Notes under the pieces: generated by a model
Told to the model about the DNA's origin: nothing
What the model saw: only the letters and a program-made list of their open reading frames with translations
Database searches by the model: none
Part shown: one piece after another, positions 13,225-26,414 of the stretch
Layout: every line of letters begins with the position of its first letter
How positions within the stretch are numbered: the first letter of the stretch is position 1
Origin: Callorhinchus milii
Taxonomy: Eukaryota
Assembly: GCF_018977255.1 (NCBI RefSeq)
Contig: NW_024704742.1
Coordinates: 113,958,001-114,022,000, forward strand
Length of the DNA stretch: 64,000 nucleotides
Reading direction: 5' to 3'
Position numbers and translations under genes: made by a program

Positions 13225-13890
13225 ATAATAATACTTGCATATAATACTTATCACATTAACAAGACATCTCAAAATGCTTCAATTCACAGGGTTTAACTGT
13301 GAAGTGTAGTGACTGTGTATTTACAACAACAACAACAACAACAAGATTCCATTTATAAAGCGCCTTTCACGTCAGGAGGACGTCCCAAGTCGCTGCACAG
13401 TTGGGTCATGACCCGAGCAGGGGGGAAATGGTCAGGAGGAGGGGAGGGAAGGGAGGGAGCGAGGAGGGGGGAAATGGTCAGGGTGAGGGGAGGGAAGGGA
13501 GGGAGCGAGGAGGGTGAAGAGAGTCGAGAGGGGAGCTGAAGGCTCGGTCAAAGAGAAAGGTTTTGAGACCGGCCTTGAAGGAGGAGAGGGAGGAAGCAAG
13601 GCGAAGGCATTTATAAGTGAAAGCAGCAGCCAATTTGCAACAAGGAATGTCCCACACACAGCCATGATATGAACGACCAATTGTATCTGGGGGATTGTTG
13701 GCCAGGCCATTGGGAGAATCTCCTTTCTTGTTTCAGTAGCACCATGGATCTTTAACATCCTCCTGAACAGGCAGACAAGATCTTGGTTTTAATGTTTCAT
13801 CCAAAGGATGTTACCCACAACACCACAATGGAGCATCAGCCTAGACGATGAACTCAAAGACGGAACGTGATGCATGAGCCCACAACCTTC
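13225..13890 (-). mobile_element. DeuSINE split by an L2 insertion
   Basis: Tail at 13225-13323; body resumes at 13609 (gcagccaatttgc...ggatctttaacatcc...ttttaatgtttcatcc). Confidence 0.75.
13324..13608 (-). mobile_element. Young L2 3' end with an internal ~41 bp tandem duplication
   Basis: (AAC)n tail, gcgcctttcacgtcaggaggacgtccc, FKAGLKTFLF on the minus strand; attta on both sides. Confidence 0.9.
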
Positions 13891-14999
13891 AGGCTGTGCA
13901 TCCACTTCTCAAGACAAATGTCTCCTGCGGTATCTAAAGTTTCCCTGCGTGTCATTTTATATTTAAAAAGAGTTATTACAGACAGGAAAGGGGAAAAAAT
14001 TCAAAGTGGGTGTACTAACTTGTCTGTCACAAGAGTCGTCAGGAAAACTCCAGCACCTGCCAAGAACAATACCCAACCCTTTGGAAAAGGTCTTAAATTA
14101 TGTCATGCCAGGAAATTGCTAAATAATAAATGTTTGAATTTAGTATTTTGGGTGTTGCTGCTGCTGCTGCTACTGTAATACCAGATTGTGTCTTAGACAA
14201 AACATAGAGGAAAAATGGCCACCCGCAAAATAATAGGTGTTCCAGACTGATTTCTGGCTTCCTGATGGGACAAACGAGAAAAGCACGAATGAGTAAATGG
14301 AAAAAGAAGGAATGAATGCTTGAAATCCTTAGGTAGGTGTAGTGTCCTTGGAGATGAATTGTTTCCAAGTTGACCTGCTTGGCAATGGAATTTTGAAATC
14401 TAGTCAATTTTCTTATTGGGCTTGGGTGTTTAGTTACTGAGCCAGGAATGGCAATTGGACTGGTTCATTGGTAGGAGGAGCAGACCAGCCACTGGCAGTA
14501 GAGATTCTTCTCACTCAACTTCTGTTAAGCCTGCAACCCAAAACTCTATTAGATAGGATGGCTCTAGCCAGATAAACAGTGGGAAGCTTGTTTATCTCTT
14601 TCAACGGCAAGCTATGTGGTTTTAGTTGGTTAGATTCCAGCAGTACCCCAAAGCACACATTGAGGTTCCCAAACTTTGGCTCTTGCCAATCTGTGCTTAA
14701 TACTCTCTGGATTAAGGGAAGCAGAATGTGTCCCTCGGAGAGATGGTATGCATTCCATTCGAAACATAGGAACTTTATATATGGGTGACATACATGGAAC
14801 TCTCAGTCTGGTTTGGAAACTCATAAGCATGGTTTTCCCATATACACACTGATTGACTAGAGAATGAATCATTAATAATAAGAAACTGAAAATACATCAA
14901 AAATTGGAATCTATTTTAATCTGAATCCTGAAAATAAGAATTCCTGGTAATTAGAAATATGTCACAGCAAACTATGTCGTGGGACAATTCAAAAATACA

Positions 15000-15212
15000 A
15001 GAGAGTTTTTCCTTGTGTCCTGACCAACATTCCCCCGGATAAACATTGGTCATTTACTTCATGGCTGTTTGTGAGACATTGTTGCATACAAATTGGTTGT
15101 TGTATTTGTCTATACAAATACACTACAGACACTGCACATTATCGTAAAAATCACTGTGAAAAGCTTTGACATGACACGACAAGACACTATATCAAATGCA
15201 AGTATTATTGTT
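15000..15212 (+). mobile_element. DeuSINE 3' part
   Basis: gtgtcctgaccaacattccc...ggctgtttgtgagacattg...ctatatcaaatgcaagtattatt. Confidence 0.7.
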
Positions 15213-15389
15213 ATTCAAACATCAAAACTGAGCAGTTAGTTTCTATAGTTCATTTCTATGTTTTTAACCCTTGTTCTTTCAGAAGCTATTTTGACCTGTT
15301 GTGAATTTTCTGCATTTTCAGATTTTTATTTCAGACGTTTCGTATCCACCATTGCAGAAATTTGCCCTTTATATAAACAGTAAAATACC

Positions 15390-15618
15390 AATTTACATTT
15401 ATACAGTGTGCTTCATGTTGTGAGGACGTCCCAAGGTGCTTGGCAATCCTGACTTGGCCCCTGAGCTAAAGGTTGTAGCCAAAAGAGATGGGGAGGGGAA
15501 AGTTGACCAAACTTTCAAAGAGAAACTTGGTCAAAGAGATGTGTCTTGAATTAAGTGAGGGAGGCAGCAAGTCGGAGGGCTGGAGCTCCAGAGAGTGGGA
15601 GCAGGTAGACTAAAAGCT
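15390..15618 (-). mobile_element. Old L2 3' end
   Basis: aatttacatttatacagtgtg...aggacgtcccaaggtgct...ggagctccagagagtggg. Confidence 0.6.
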
Positions 15619-16549
15619 GTAAAAATTATTAAAGTGCCAAGCTGAAATGTAGTCACCCAAAACATTAAGCTAACTTTCTCTAAAACACTGATTGACTTGC
15701 TCTGGATTTTCAGGAGTCTCAGAATTCATTCTTACAGTTTTAATAATTTTTAAAGTGGGTAGTAGCTAGGCAACAAGCACCAGTCATTCACAAAACAGCT
15801 GTTTTTGCTCATTGTACATTGCACAAGAACTCTACATTGCCCTACATTGTTTAAATATTTGATTAAGAAATTAAAAACATAGAAATGTACAGCACAGAAA
15901 GGGGCCATTCGGCCCATTGTGTCTGTGTTGACTTTTTACAGGCAATCCTTTCAGTCCAATTTACCTTTTGCCCATGTGCCTGTAGTTTACTCCTTCCAAA
16001 CTTCTCCCTAATGTTACATTTTAAGACAATGGACTTCAGACAGTTTATTAAGCAGTGTACATGCATCCTTACTTTGCATTCAGTCTAAATACATATGCCC
16101 ACCTCAAGAAAAAGGCAATGAGTCAGGAGACTGACAGACAGTAATTCAGCCACAACTTTGAAGTTACGAGATGTCCAGGCAATCAAGTTCTGCTTGTAGC
16201 TATAAATACATTAAAATGTGTGAGAGTGTTTTGTGTCCTTTATCAATAATAAGAGTGATAAGCATAGCAGTTAAATCAATTAAGCATAACATGGTTGATG
16301 TGTGCAGTAAATGGAACACATATTTTCCAACAAATACTAAAGGCCATTAGCAAAGTTACAAAGTGGCAGATCTAATCCACAGAAACAATAACATATCAGC
16401 AGCTAGGGAGCAAGCCCCAGTCATTCACAATATGGTCTGTTTTTGAAAGGTAAAGAATATGGTGCAAAACAAGCATTGCATTAGAGAATAACACAAATGT
16501 CAAAAAAATGCGATACTGAAATTGGCATTTGAAATGAAACTAAAAAATA

Positions 16550-16962
16550 GTTTGCTGGACTTCCCAACTCTTCTCTCCACAAGTGGCAGATTATTCAGAA
16601 CTCTGCAGCTTGTGTCCTCTCCTGCACCAAGCTGTATGAGTTGATCATACGCATCCTCGCCTGGCTTTACTGGCTCCCCATCCCCATGCTCCATGTCCCT
16701 TGCCCAGCCCAACCCACCATCGGTGGTCCGCCTTCTGCCCCCACCTTCTGGAACTCCATTCCAGAATCTCTTTGCCTTGCCTGCTTCAAGGTCCGTCTCA
16801 AGACCTTCCTCTCTGACCATGTCTTCGGTCATCCTTCCCATTCCCCCCGCCCCCACTGAACTCCTCTCGTCTTGATTCCAACCCCCCCATGTCAGGTGAA
16901 AACCCTTGATTGTCCAGTGCCTCCTGACGCAAAAGGTTCTATATAAATGTCATATGTTGTTG
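16550..16962 (+). mobile_element. L2 3' end with internal deletion
   Basis: ILAWLYWLP and PTIGG...FWNSIP...FKVRLKTFL in the ORF track; ends tataaatgtcatatgttgttg. Confidence 0.8.
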
Positions 16963-17539
16963 TTTTCGCATTTAAAATGGTTTGTGTGTTAGCAAAGTGA
17001 TTTATTTGGTTAAAGGACACCCTGCTGCCATCTGTCACTGCTGCTGGCAGAAGCACCCCACAAGACTAAAACTACTCTGGCTTTCTCCTGTAACACCAAG
17101 CCAAGAAAGTTTTTGTGTTTGATTTCCTGCAGACAAGGTTCTGCTCTGTGCTCCATTTGTGCTCTGTGTTCACCTTTCAGACATTGTGTTACTGAGATCA
17201 TGATGGACTCACAATCGGCTACTATCCTGTAATCCCGAATGATAATACCTTAAACTGTTACTGTAACACCAACTGCAACAATAACAAATATAATGCCCTT
17301 CACATGGAGCTAGGGTCTTGGAACATTGGTGTAGTTTGACACCGAGGTGGGGAGAAAGGGAAGGTGACGGTAGAAGAGGAAATTCAATGCAATCTAAAGA
17401 TGGTAAAGAGGGGCAAGACAGAGGGTTGGGGCAGGAAGTTTCAGGTGTTCAAGGCATAATGGCTGAAAACATGGCTGCTGGTGGTCCCAGCTGAATTTCT
17501 TTGCCCCTTAACTTAGTCCTCGTTTGTCCGTCTGTCAGT

Positions 17540-17890
17540 CTGGCTCATTTGGAAGATCCTTGCATCTGAGTCAGACGTTTGTAGGTTCAAACCTCACATT
17601 GAGTCTTTGAATTTCCAGTCTAGGTTGATACACCAAGACAGTGCTGGAGTGTGCTGCATAGTTGGATGTGCCATTAAATTCAGGTCCCATTTGCTTGTTC
17701 TGCTGGTAGCTAACAATCCCATGGTACTATTTGAAAAGAGAAGGGAGCTTTTCCCAATGTTTTGAATAAAATTGGTCATACAATCCCCTGAATCCCCTGG
17801 TTACTCACTTCATGGCTGTTTGTGGGACACTGTTGTGTGCTTGTTGGCTGGTCAGGTAAGGTGCTATACCAAATGCAAGATTATAGTTAT
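17540..17890 (+). mobile_element. Old DeuSINE
   Basis: tggctcatttgg...ctgagtcagacgtttgtaggttcaaa head; atcccatggtactatttgaaaagag; ggctgtttgtgggacac. Confidence 0.7.
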
Positions 17891-20032
17891 TTAGTATAGA
17901 TATCATAATTTGTTCACACATTTTAAAAAATGCAACGATTTTTAAACTTCCTAAGTTTATTTCACCAGGGTGGAAGCTGTCACAGCTAAAGTGCATTTCC
18001 TTCACACACTTTTACAAATACAATTAAAGTGACATTATTAGGTTCATTGACTAAACCTGATGAAATTCCAGATATACAAAGTTCTCTCATCAAAGGCCTA
18101 TTAGTACCCTTTGTTTGGATTGTGCAGAGATCATCCATTTCACTCTGTATATCTCTATTGTCATCCTTGTTCGGGTAAGTATCATACAAAGGTGCATGCT
18201 GTGCAGATCACAGGTTTTGCTAACCACAAATGCCTCTCTATGAACACAAGCTAATAGGCCTCAGTAATCGAATGAGTAACAATAATGATTAATTGCTTTT
18301 CTTTATAAATTATTTAAAAACAAATCTTTTTTTAATTTAAAATGTACAAAACATTTTTGTGTTGTTGGTGAGTAGGTTAGTGGGGATAGGAAGAGTAGCT
18401 TTTTGATCAATGCTATTTTGAAGTTTTTTTTATTCAGCATTAATTCTTTAAGGGTTAATCCTCACCAACCACGTGTCATTAAAAGATGAAACCAAATCAG
18501 GATTAGCTCCTGATCTATAGAATGTACCCTCTTTTGATTCCCTTCTGTTCCCAGGGCAAACAAGAAATGCACAACTGGGTCAAAAGAGTTAATCACTATG
18601 GACACCCGCAGTTAAAGGATATATTCACAGCTGTGTGGATTAACAAATGAGACAAGTAAATAATCGTTTTATTCCACAAACAAATGAGTTCAAGTATTTG
18701 CAACTGACCTGTGATTCAAGGAGAATGTGGATTATATGGGATTGAGAACTGCTGCAATTAATAAATACAACAGCTCTGAGATTGCATTGACTGAGGTCTC
18801 ATTTGTGGTATTTTCTTAACAAGTTTCACTCTTGAATTTCTCAAAATGAGCTGATGAATGCATTCAATGTTTTAGAAAATCAATAATACCTTTCTTCTTA
18901 AGCAATATAAGAAATGTTAGAAATTAGACTCGATTATTGAGTCATGATTAATCACTGGTTATCAATCAGTACGTGGGTATAAATTATATTTGGAATACTT
19001 AGTGATATTTTCTAAATAGAAATTATAGCCAACAAGTCAGTTTCTTGCGTATAATGGTTTAGATCTCCAAAAAACAATGTAGAGCTCTTTATCCTCAACA
19101 AACTATACCTGTGTATACTGCACATCACAAAGTGAATTGAATCACTTTGTATTATTTCTTACATTAATGGATGCAGGAAATTGAATAGCTGGAATCTGAA
19201 TCTCCAAGTTACAGATGCAATCTAAATTTTTTTTAAAAAAGCAGTCAAAAGAATTTGGCATTTGTAGATAGATCACGACTAGGAAATTCAAGACAAATTA
19301 ATGTCCCACGGAGGATGTGGAGCAGTGGATTTAATCTCAGGATACTCCTGGGAATTTCTGGATGGGTGGCCACTCCACTTAGCCAGTGAAAGTTGTTTCA
19401 CACCTGGTCTTACCCTGCTTGTTTGACATTTACTGAAAGAAAGCTTCCTGTGTACAGTGTGTTCCCAATGTCCTGTTACCCCCATGCTTTTTTACACAAT
19501 GCACCTACCAAGTGTAACATGTGGATGAACTTAATTTTATACAGTACATGTTCAGGGTCCTGTAGCTTAGTAGTTAGAGCACTCGCCTGGCAAGCGAGAG
19601 GACAACAACAACAACAACAACTTGCACTTATATAGCGCCCTCCACGGACGGTAGTGTCTCAGAACGCTTAACAGTGGCGGAGCCTGATTCCAAGCCGGGG
19701 GATAGCAGGGAAATGGCCGTAAGCACGGTCGAATAGGAAAGTCTTCAGACAGGACTTGAAAGAGGGGAGAGAGGGGGCAAAATGGAGGGGTTGAGAGAGA
19801 ATGTACCAAAGTTTTTGGGCATAGTGGCTGAAAGAGCAACCTCCGATGGTGGGGCGGTGGGTGCGAAGGATGATCAGGAGGCCGGTGCCAGTCGAGCAGA
19901 GGCGCCGGGTGGTGGATTGGTCGGTGAGGAGGTCTGAGAGGTAGAAATAAGAACATAAGAATTAGGAGCAGGAATAGGCCATTCGGCCCTCTAGCCTGCC
20001 CCGCCATTCAATAAGATCATGGCTGATCTATT

Positions 20033-22935
20033 CTAATTCCACCTACCCACCTTTTCCCCATATCCCTTAATCCCTTTATCCACAAGAAATCTATCAATCT
20101 CAGTCTTGAATATGTCCAAGGACTGAGCATCTGCAGTCCTGTGGGGTAGAGAATTCCATAAATTTACTACCCTCTGAGTGAAGAAGTTTTTCCTCAACTC
20201 AGTGCGAAAGGGCTTAGCCTTAATTTTAAGACTGTGACCCCTGGTTATAGTTTCTCCAACCAGGGGAAAAAGTCTCCCACTATCTATTCTGTCGTGCCCC
20301 CTAATCATCTTATCGGTTTCTATAAGATCACCTCTCATTCTTCTATATTCTAGAGAATATAGGCCTAAATTGTTCAACCTATCCTCATAACTCATCCCCT
20401 CATCCATGGTACCAACCTAGTAAATCTACGTTGTACCCCCTCCAAGGCGAGTACATCCTTTCTTAAATAAGGAGACCAAAACTGCACACAATATTCTAGG
20501 TGCGGTCTCACCAGGGCCCTATACAGTTGCAGCAAGACTTCCCTACTCTTATATTCTTTTGTAACAAATGCCAACATACCATTAGCCTTCCTAATTACTT
20601 GCTGTACCTGCAAACTAACTTTTTGTGACTGGTGTACAAGACACCCACGTCCCTCTGAACGCTAACACTATCTAGTCTCTCCCCTTCTAAAAAATAATCT
20701 GTTCTACTGTTTTTGCCACCTAGGTGGATGACCTCACACTTCCCTACATTATACTTCATCTGCCACCTATTTGCCCACTCACCTAGCCTATCTATAACTT
20801 GTTGCATTTTTTTAATGTTATCCTCGGTGTTTACTCTCCCTCCTAGTTTAGTATCATCCGCAAATTCGGATATATTAAGTTCAATGTCCTCATCTACATC
20901 GTTGATGTAGATTGTAAATAGTTGAGGCCCAAGGATTGATCCATGTGGCACTCCACTAGTCACATTCCGCCAATCTGAGAAGGACCCGTTTATCCCTACT
21001 CTTTGTTTTCTTCCCGTTAGCCATTCTTCAATCCATGCTAATATATTCCCCTTAATTCCATGGGCCCTAATCTTGAGGATCAACCTTTTATGTGGCACCT
21101 TATTGAATGCCTTTTGGAAATCTAAATACACTACATCCACTGATTCCCCCCTATCTAATCTACTTGATATGTCCTCAAAAAACTCTAAAAGATTTGTTAA
21201 GCATGACTTCCCTGTTGTAAAGCCATGTTGACTCTGTCTAATCATATTGTGATCCTTTAAGTAACCCACTACGACATCCTTAATTAAGGATTCTAGAATT
21301 TTCCCTACCACCGATGTTAGACTAACTGGTCTACAGTTCCCCATCTTTTCTCTCCCACCTTTCTTAAATAGTGGTGTGACGTTTGCGATCTTCTAATCAA
21401 TGGGAACTGTTCCAGAATCCAAAGAATTTTGGAAGATCAGACACAAGGCCTCCACTATCTCATGAGCTACCTCTTTTAAAATCTGAGGATGCAGACCATC
21501 AGGTCCAGGGGACTTGACACTTTTTAATGCTAACAATTTCCCTAGCGCCAATTCTTTGCTAATGTAAATTTTCCTAAGTTGCTCTCTATCATTAGCCCCT
21601 TGGTTCATCTCTATTTCTGGTAAACTTCTTGTGTCTTCCACAAGCAAAAGTATTTATTTAGGGACTCTTCCATAACCTTGTCCCCCATTATAATTCCTCC
21701 TATCTCTGCCTGTAATGGACCCACATTTATTTTTGCTAGCCTATTCCTCTTAATGTATTTATAAGAACTCTTACAATCTGTCTTAATGTTCCTAACTAGC
21801 TTGCCCTCATAATCCATTTTCTCACTCTTAATGAGCTTTTTGGTTTTCCTTTGTTGGTACCTAAAACACTCCCAGTCCTCAGGTTTGCTACTCTTTTTGG
21901 CAGTTTTATAGTCCTTTTCTTTTAGTTTTATACTTTCTCTAACTGCTCTAGTTAGCCATGAATGAACTGCTCTCCCTGTGGTACTCTTATTCCTCAAGGG
22001 AATATGTGACCGCTGAGAATTTTGCACTACATCTTTAAACGTTTGCCACTGTTGGTCTATTGTCATATCCATTAATCTAATTCCCCAGTCTATTTTAGCT
22101 AATTCTTCCCTCATACCTGCAAAGTTAGCTTTATTTAAATTTAAGACCCTTGCTTCGGATTTGACTACATCGCTCTCTAACTTAATGCTAAATTCTATCA
22201 TGTTATGATCACTCTGCCCTAGAGGAGCCTTAATATCTATATTACCGACTAGCCCTGTTTCGTTACACAAAACAAGGTCTAGGATGGCCTGTCCCCTAGT
22301 TGGTTCCTCAGCATATTGCTCCAGAAAGCTATCTCTCATATACTCTATAAACTCCTCCTCTACCCTGCTTTTGCCGATTTGGTTTTCCCAATCTATGTGA
22401 AGATTGAAATCACGCACTATGACTGTATTACCTTTGCTATATGTTCCTCTAATTTGCTGATTAATACCCTGCGCTATGCTGTGATCACTGTTTGGGGGTC
22501 TATAAACTACTACCACTAATGTTTTCTGTCCCTTGTTATTTTGTAATTCTACCCATACCATCTCTACATCTGGTTATCTGATTTGAAATCTTTCCTCTCT
22601 ACTGTTTTTATTCCATCCTTTATTAACAAGGCTACCCCCCCACCTTGTTTTCCACATTGTCTATCCTTCCTATAAACTGAAAACCCCGAAATATTTAACT
22701 CCCACCCTAGATCTTCCTGTAACCATGTCTCAGTAATGGCTACTAGATCATACTTATTTGTATCTATCTGTGCCTTTAATTCATCTACCTTATTCTGAAT
22801 GCTTTGTGCAACCAGATATAGCGATTTTAATTTATTACCATTTCCCCTACTCTCTGATGCCCTATCTTCTTTACTGAGCTTCTTACCCCTCTTTGACCTA
22901 TTCTGTTTATCTCTCTTGCTATTCTGATCTGCCAC
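20033..22935 (-). pseudogene. CR1 ORF2 (AP endonuclease + reverse transcriptase), broken into ~6 pieces by frameshifts
   Basis: APE motifs AITETWL, YRPP, RDFN, LDLVL, SDHN; RT motifs KSPGPDG, RPVSLTSVVGK, QHGF, YLDFQKAFNKVPH, GVPHGS, FADDTKL; C-terminal LEYCVQFWSP, TRGH, WNSLP. Confidence 0.95.
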
Positions 22936-23019
22936 CTTTAGTTTTCTGAATACTGCTGGCTTGCGATTATTTCTAATTGTATCCCCCCCTTTACTAGTTT
23001 GAAGCCTTATTTACCAACC

Positions 23020-23900
23020 TATGTATTCGGTTTGCTAGGACATTTGTCCCAGCCCAATTTAAGTGGAGCCCATCTTTTCGAAATAGACCCCTTTCTCCCC
23101 AATACTGGTTCCGCACCACTCCCTCAGCCATGCATTTAACTCTCTAATTTGCTTATTCCTGCACCAATTTGCACATGTCAAAGGCAGCAATCCTGATATC
23201 ACTAACTTTGATGTTCTTTGTTTCAATTTAGTTCACAACTCCTTGAACTCCCTCCTCAAATCATCACTAACCCCACCTATGTCATTGGTACCTACGTGAA
23301 GTACCACCAAGTGATCCTCGCCCTCATGTTTCAGATTCTCCTCCAGCCCCGCCCGAGACGTCCTTCACCCCGGCCCAGGAAGGCAACAGAGCCTTTGGGT
23401 CTCCTGGTTGCGGCTGCAGATAAGTGTATCTATCCGCCTGATAGTCTTGTCCCCAATCACTACAACTTTATGTTTATTTCCCCTAATATTGGAATCACGT
23501 TTTCTTTCCTCCTCACAGGCTTCCTTGTCCACACAGGTTGCAAGAATCTCGTACCTGTTAGCCAAGGTTAAATAAAGCCTGAGGCTTCACTACCACTCTC
23601 TCTGGTGTTCCCTTAACCCCCTACCTGTCAGACACCCTATCCTGTCCTTGACTGATACAATTACCTATACTTTCCCTGACGCTCAGGGGAGTGACTGGCT
23701 CCAGGATGAAACTATCCAGGAAGCACTCACCGTCCCTGATACTGCGCAATGTCTGCACCTCGGATTCCAGCTCAGACACGCTGGAGCTGCCTCAGTTGCA
23801 AACATTTGCTGCAGATGTGGTCACCTGGCCTCAGACTGGCCTCCAATAACTCCCACATGTTACAGTCCTCACACAAGACCTGCCACACTATTGTCACTAC
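23020..23900 (-). pseudogene. CR1 ORF1 remnant (CxxC zinc finger/coiled coil + SGNH-type esterase domain)
   Basis: Hand translation of the minus strand: CEDCNMWE...HICSKCLQL...RVSELESEVQTLRSIR (~23700-23885); VVVIGD...RLCCLPG (ORF track); DGLHLNWAGTNVLANRI (~23023-23073). Confidence 0.85.
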
Positions 23901-26414
23901 TCCCACCCCCACTGTGAATTACAGTTTTATTTAATTAATTTATTATTTTTAAAAGTTAAATTCTTAATTTTTAAAAAAAATTTAAAATTTATTTTATTTT
24001 TAGTATTGTTAATTAGTAGTTAGTGTTAGCTTACTGTTAGTAGTTATTAGTTAGTATTAGCTGTTAGTTTTTGATACTGACGTCGCTCGGACGTCACTTT
24101 TTAATTTTCTCGCTGTTTTTGTATCTGAGCCTTTCCTCGCCCAGCCCCTCGCTCTCGTGCCTCTGCTCCTGACTGGCTGACTGCTCTCCTCGCTGTGGCT
24201 TTTATCCCCACGGCTTGGTCTAGGCTCTGCCCCTTGCTCTTGTGCCTGCTCCTGAGTGGAGGTGCCAGAGAGTGAATGGATTTTTGAACAGGAGTGTGAG
24301 GATCTTGAAGTTGATCCGTTCGGTGATGGGGAGCCAGTGGAGCCTGGCCAGATCAGGTGAGATGTGGGTACGGAGTTTGGTTCAGGTCAGTATGCAGGTG
24401 GTAGAATTTTGAATGAGCTGGATTTTGTGAATGGTGGAGCTGGGAGATTGCCGAGGAGTGTGTTGGAGTAATCCAAGCGGGAGATGACAAACGCATGCAT
24501 GAGGGTTTCGGCTGCATTTGGGGTAAGGTACGGTCGAAGGCAGGAAATGTGGCGGAGGTGGAAGAAGGCAGTCCTGGTCAGAGACCAGATGTGGGAGAAG
24601 AAGAATAGTTGGATGCATAGGTTGCACACTGGTTCGGTGAGTCTGAGGGAGAGCCCAGGGGAATTAAGGAGTTTAAATCCACAGGAGTGAAGCTGTTGAC
24701 TGGAGCTGACGAGTATGGCTTCTGTCATCTCCATATTCAGCTGCAGGAAGTTTACGCTGATCCAGGCCCTGATGTCTGCCAGACAAGCTGACAGAACATC
24801 AGTGGACCTGGAGTTGGTATTGGAGGAGGCAAAGTAGATTTTTGTGTCATCCCCATATATGTGGAAGTTTACCCCGTGTCTGCGGATGATCACCCAGAGC
24901 GAGCATATAGATAAGGAAAGAAGAGGCCAAGGATGGAGCCCTGGGGTACCCCACAGGTGACCAGGCGGGGGCGGGAGGAGAAACCATTTGCTGAGATGAA
25001 ATGGAGACGGTTGGTTAAGTAGGACGCAAACCATGCGAGTGTGGTCCCATTAAGATGGATGAGGGAGGAGAGGCAGTGGAGGAGGATGGCGTGGTTGACT
25101 GTGTCGAATGCAGCAGAGAGATCCAGGAGGATGAGGAGGCAGAGGGAGCCCTGGTCACAGAAAGAGAGAATGTCATTTGTGACTTTGACAAGCGCTGTCT
25201 CTGTGCTGTGGGCAGGGCGAAAACTAGACTGCAGGGGCTCGAGGAGGGAGTGGGGGAGAAGTGTGAACAAAGTTGACCTGCAACAATGCATTCAGGTCTT
25301 TGGCAAGGAAGGGTAGGTTGGAGATCGGATGGTAGTGTGAGAGATTAGAGGGATCGAGGGTGGTTTTTTTGAGGAGGGGTGTGATAACAACGGTTTTCAG
25401 CGGAAGTGGAACAGGAGAGAGATTGGTTGACCATGTTGGCCAGCAGGGGGGAGATAATGGGGAGTTGAGTGACCAGCAGCTGGGTGGGGAGGGGGGTCAA
25501 GGTAGCAGGTGGTGAACTTCATCCAGGTGATTGTGGTTGAGAGGGAAGAAGGAAAAATGGGAGCCAAGGAATGTAAGAAAGTGGGAGTGGCAAGAGCCAT
25601 GGCGGAGGAAGAAGGCAGTGTGGATGGTCTGGGTGGGGTGGAAGGGGACATGGGGGCGGAGGATGATGCAGCCAAGTAGATGTTTTCAATTTTTGAGGCA
25701 AAGAAGTCTAGGACCTCTTCGCAATTGGCGCTTGATGTGAGGATAGAGGGGTTTTGAGGAGGTGCATGGAGAAGGTGATGGACGGTGTAAACAGCGTCTT
25801 TAGATTATTGTTTGCCTCCAGGATGATTGTGGAGTAAAAATCAGTTTGGGCCTGTGAAAGGGAGAAGCAGCAGTTGCGGAGCTGCTCGAGCCACAGCTAG
25901 TGGTGAACCGTGAGGCCGTATTTCTGCCACCTGCGCTTGAACATCCGGGTTTGTGTTTTGAATGAGCAGCGATGACTGTAGTATCAGGGGGAGTGGGTGG
26001 GTTTGCAAACAACACTGGATTTCAGGGAGCCAGGCAATTGAAGGCTGGAAGGACTTGGGTTCGATTTCGGGCAGAGTAAAATGTTAGGCAAGTTTCCTTA
26101 CTCTACACACGTCTGATTACTGAGCAGTAAGTAGGAAGCTGGTTGTTAGTCGATCGATGGATCATTTTCCAGGAGAATAATCCCTGAAAAAATAATAATA
26201 ATAGTAATAATAATTTGGTTACTCAATCCACAACTGTTTGTGGGACACTGCTGTGAAATTGGCTGCCGCCTTTTGTCCACAAACTGTACAGTCAACTCAC
26301 TTTGCAGTATTATCTGTGAAGCGCTTTGAGACATTTCAAAGATATGATAAGGGGTTATATCAAATGCATTATATCAAGGATTTTTATTATAATTAAGTGC
26401 TTAAGTATTTTATT

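Larger units (their letters stand above)
19945..24257 (-). mobile_element. Near full-length CR1 LINE (~4.3 kb), inactive
   Basis: ttcttatg-type tail at 19945; ORF2 RT and APE pieces; ORF1 pieces; AT-rich stretch and GC-rich 5' UTR at ~23925-24257. Confidence 0.95.
19604..26049 (-). mobile_element. 5'-truncated L2 LINE (3' end 19604-19944; RT region 24258-26049) interrupted by CR1
   Basis: (AAC)n tail; ORF track QSSFRPAHSTETALVKVTNDIL, LLDLSAAFDTVNH, GVPQGSILG, YGDDTKIY, SRLDYSN; L2 sequence is continuous across the CR1 (gagaggtag / ggaggtgcc), as in the 36.6 kb copy. Confidence 0.9.
19556..26390 (+). mobile_element. Long-variant tRNA SINE split into head (19556-19603) and remainder (26050-26390) by a 6.4 kb L2+CR1 insertion
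   Basis: Head stops after the anticodon arm (gcaagcgagaggac); the B box resumes at 26050 (aggacttgggttcgatt); aggac occurs at both junctions. Confidence 0.85.

Noticed and set aside
20033..22935. Active reverse transcriptase gene
   Set aside because: Multiple frameshifts and degenerate motifs (GVPHGS, RDFN); it is a dead CR1 copy
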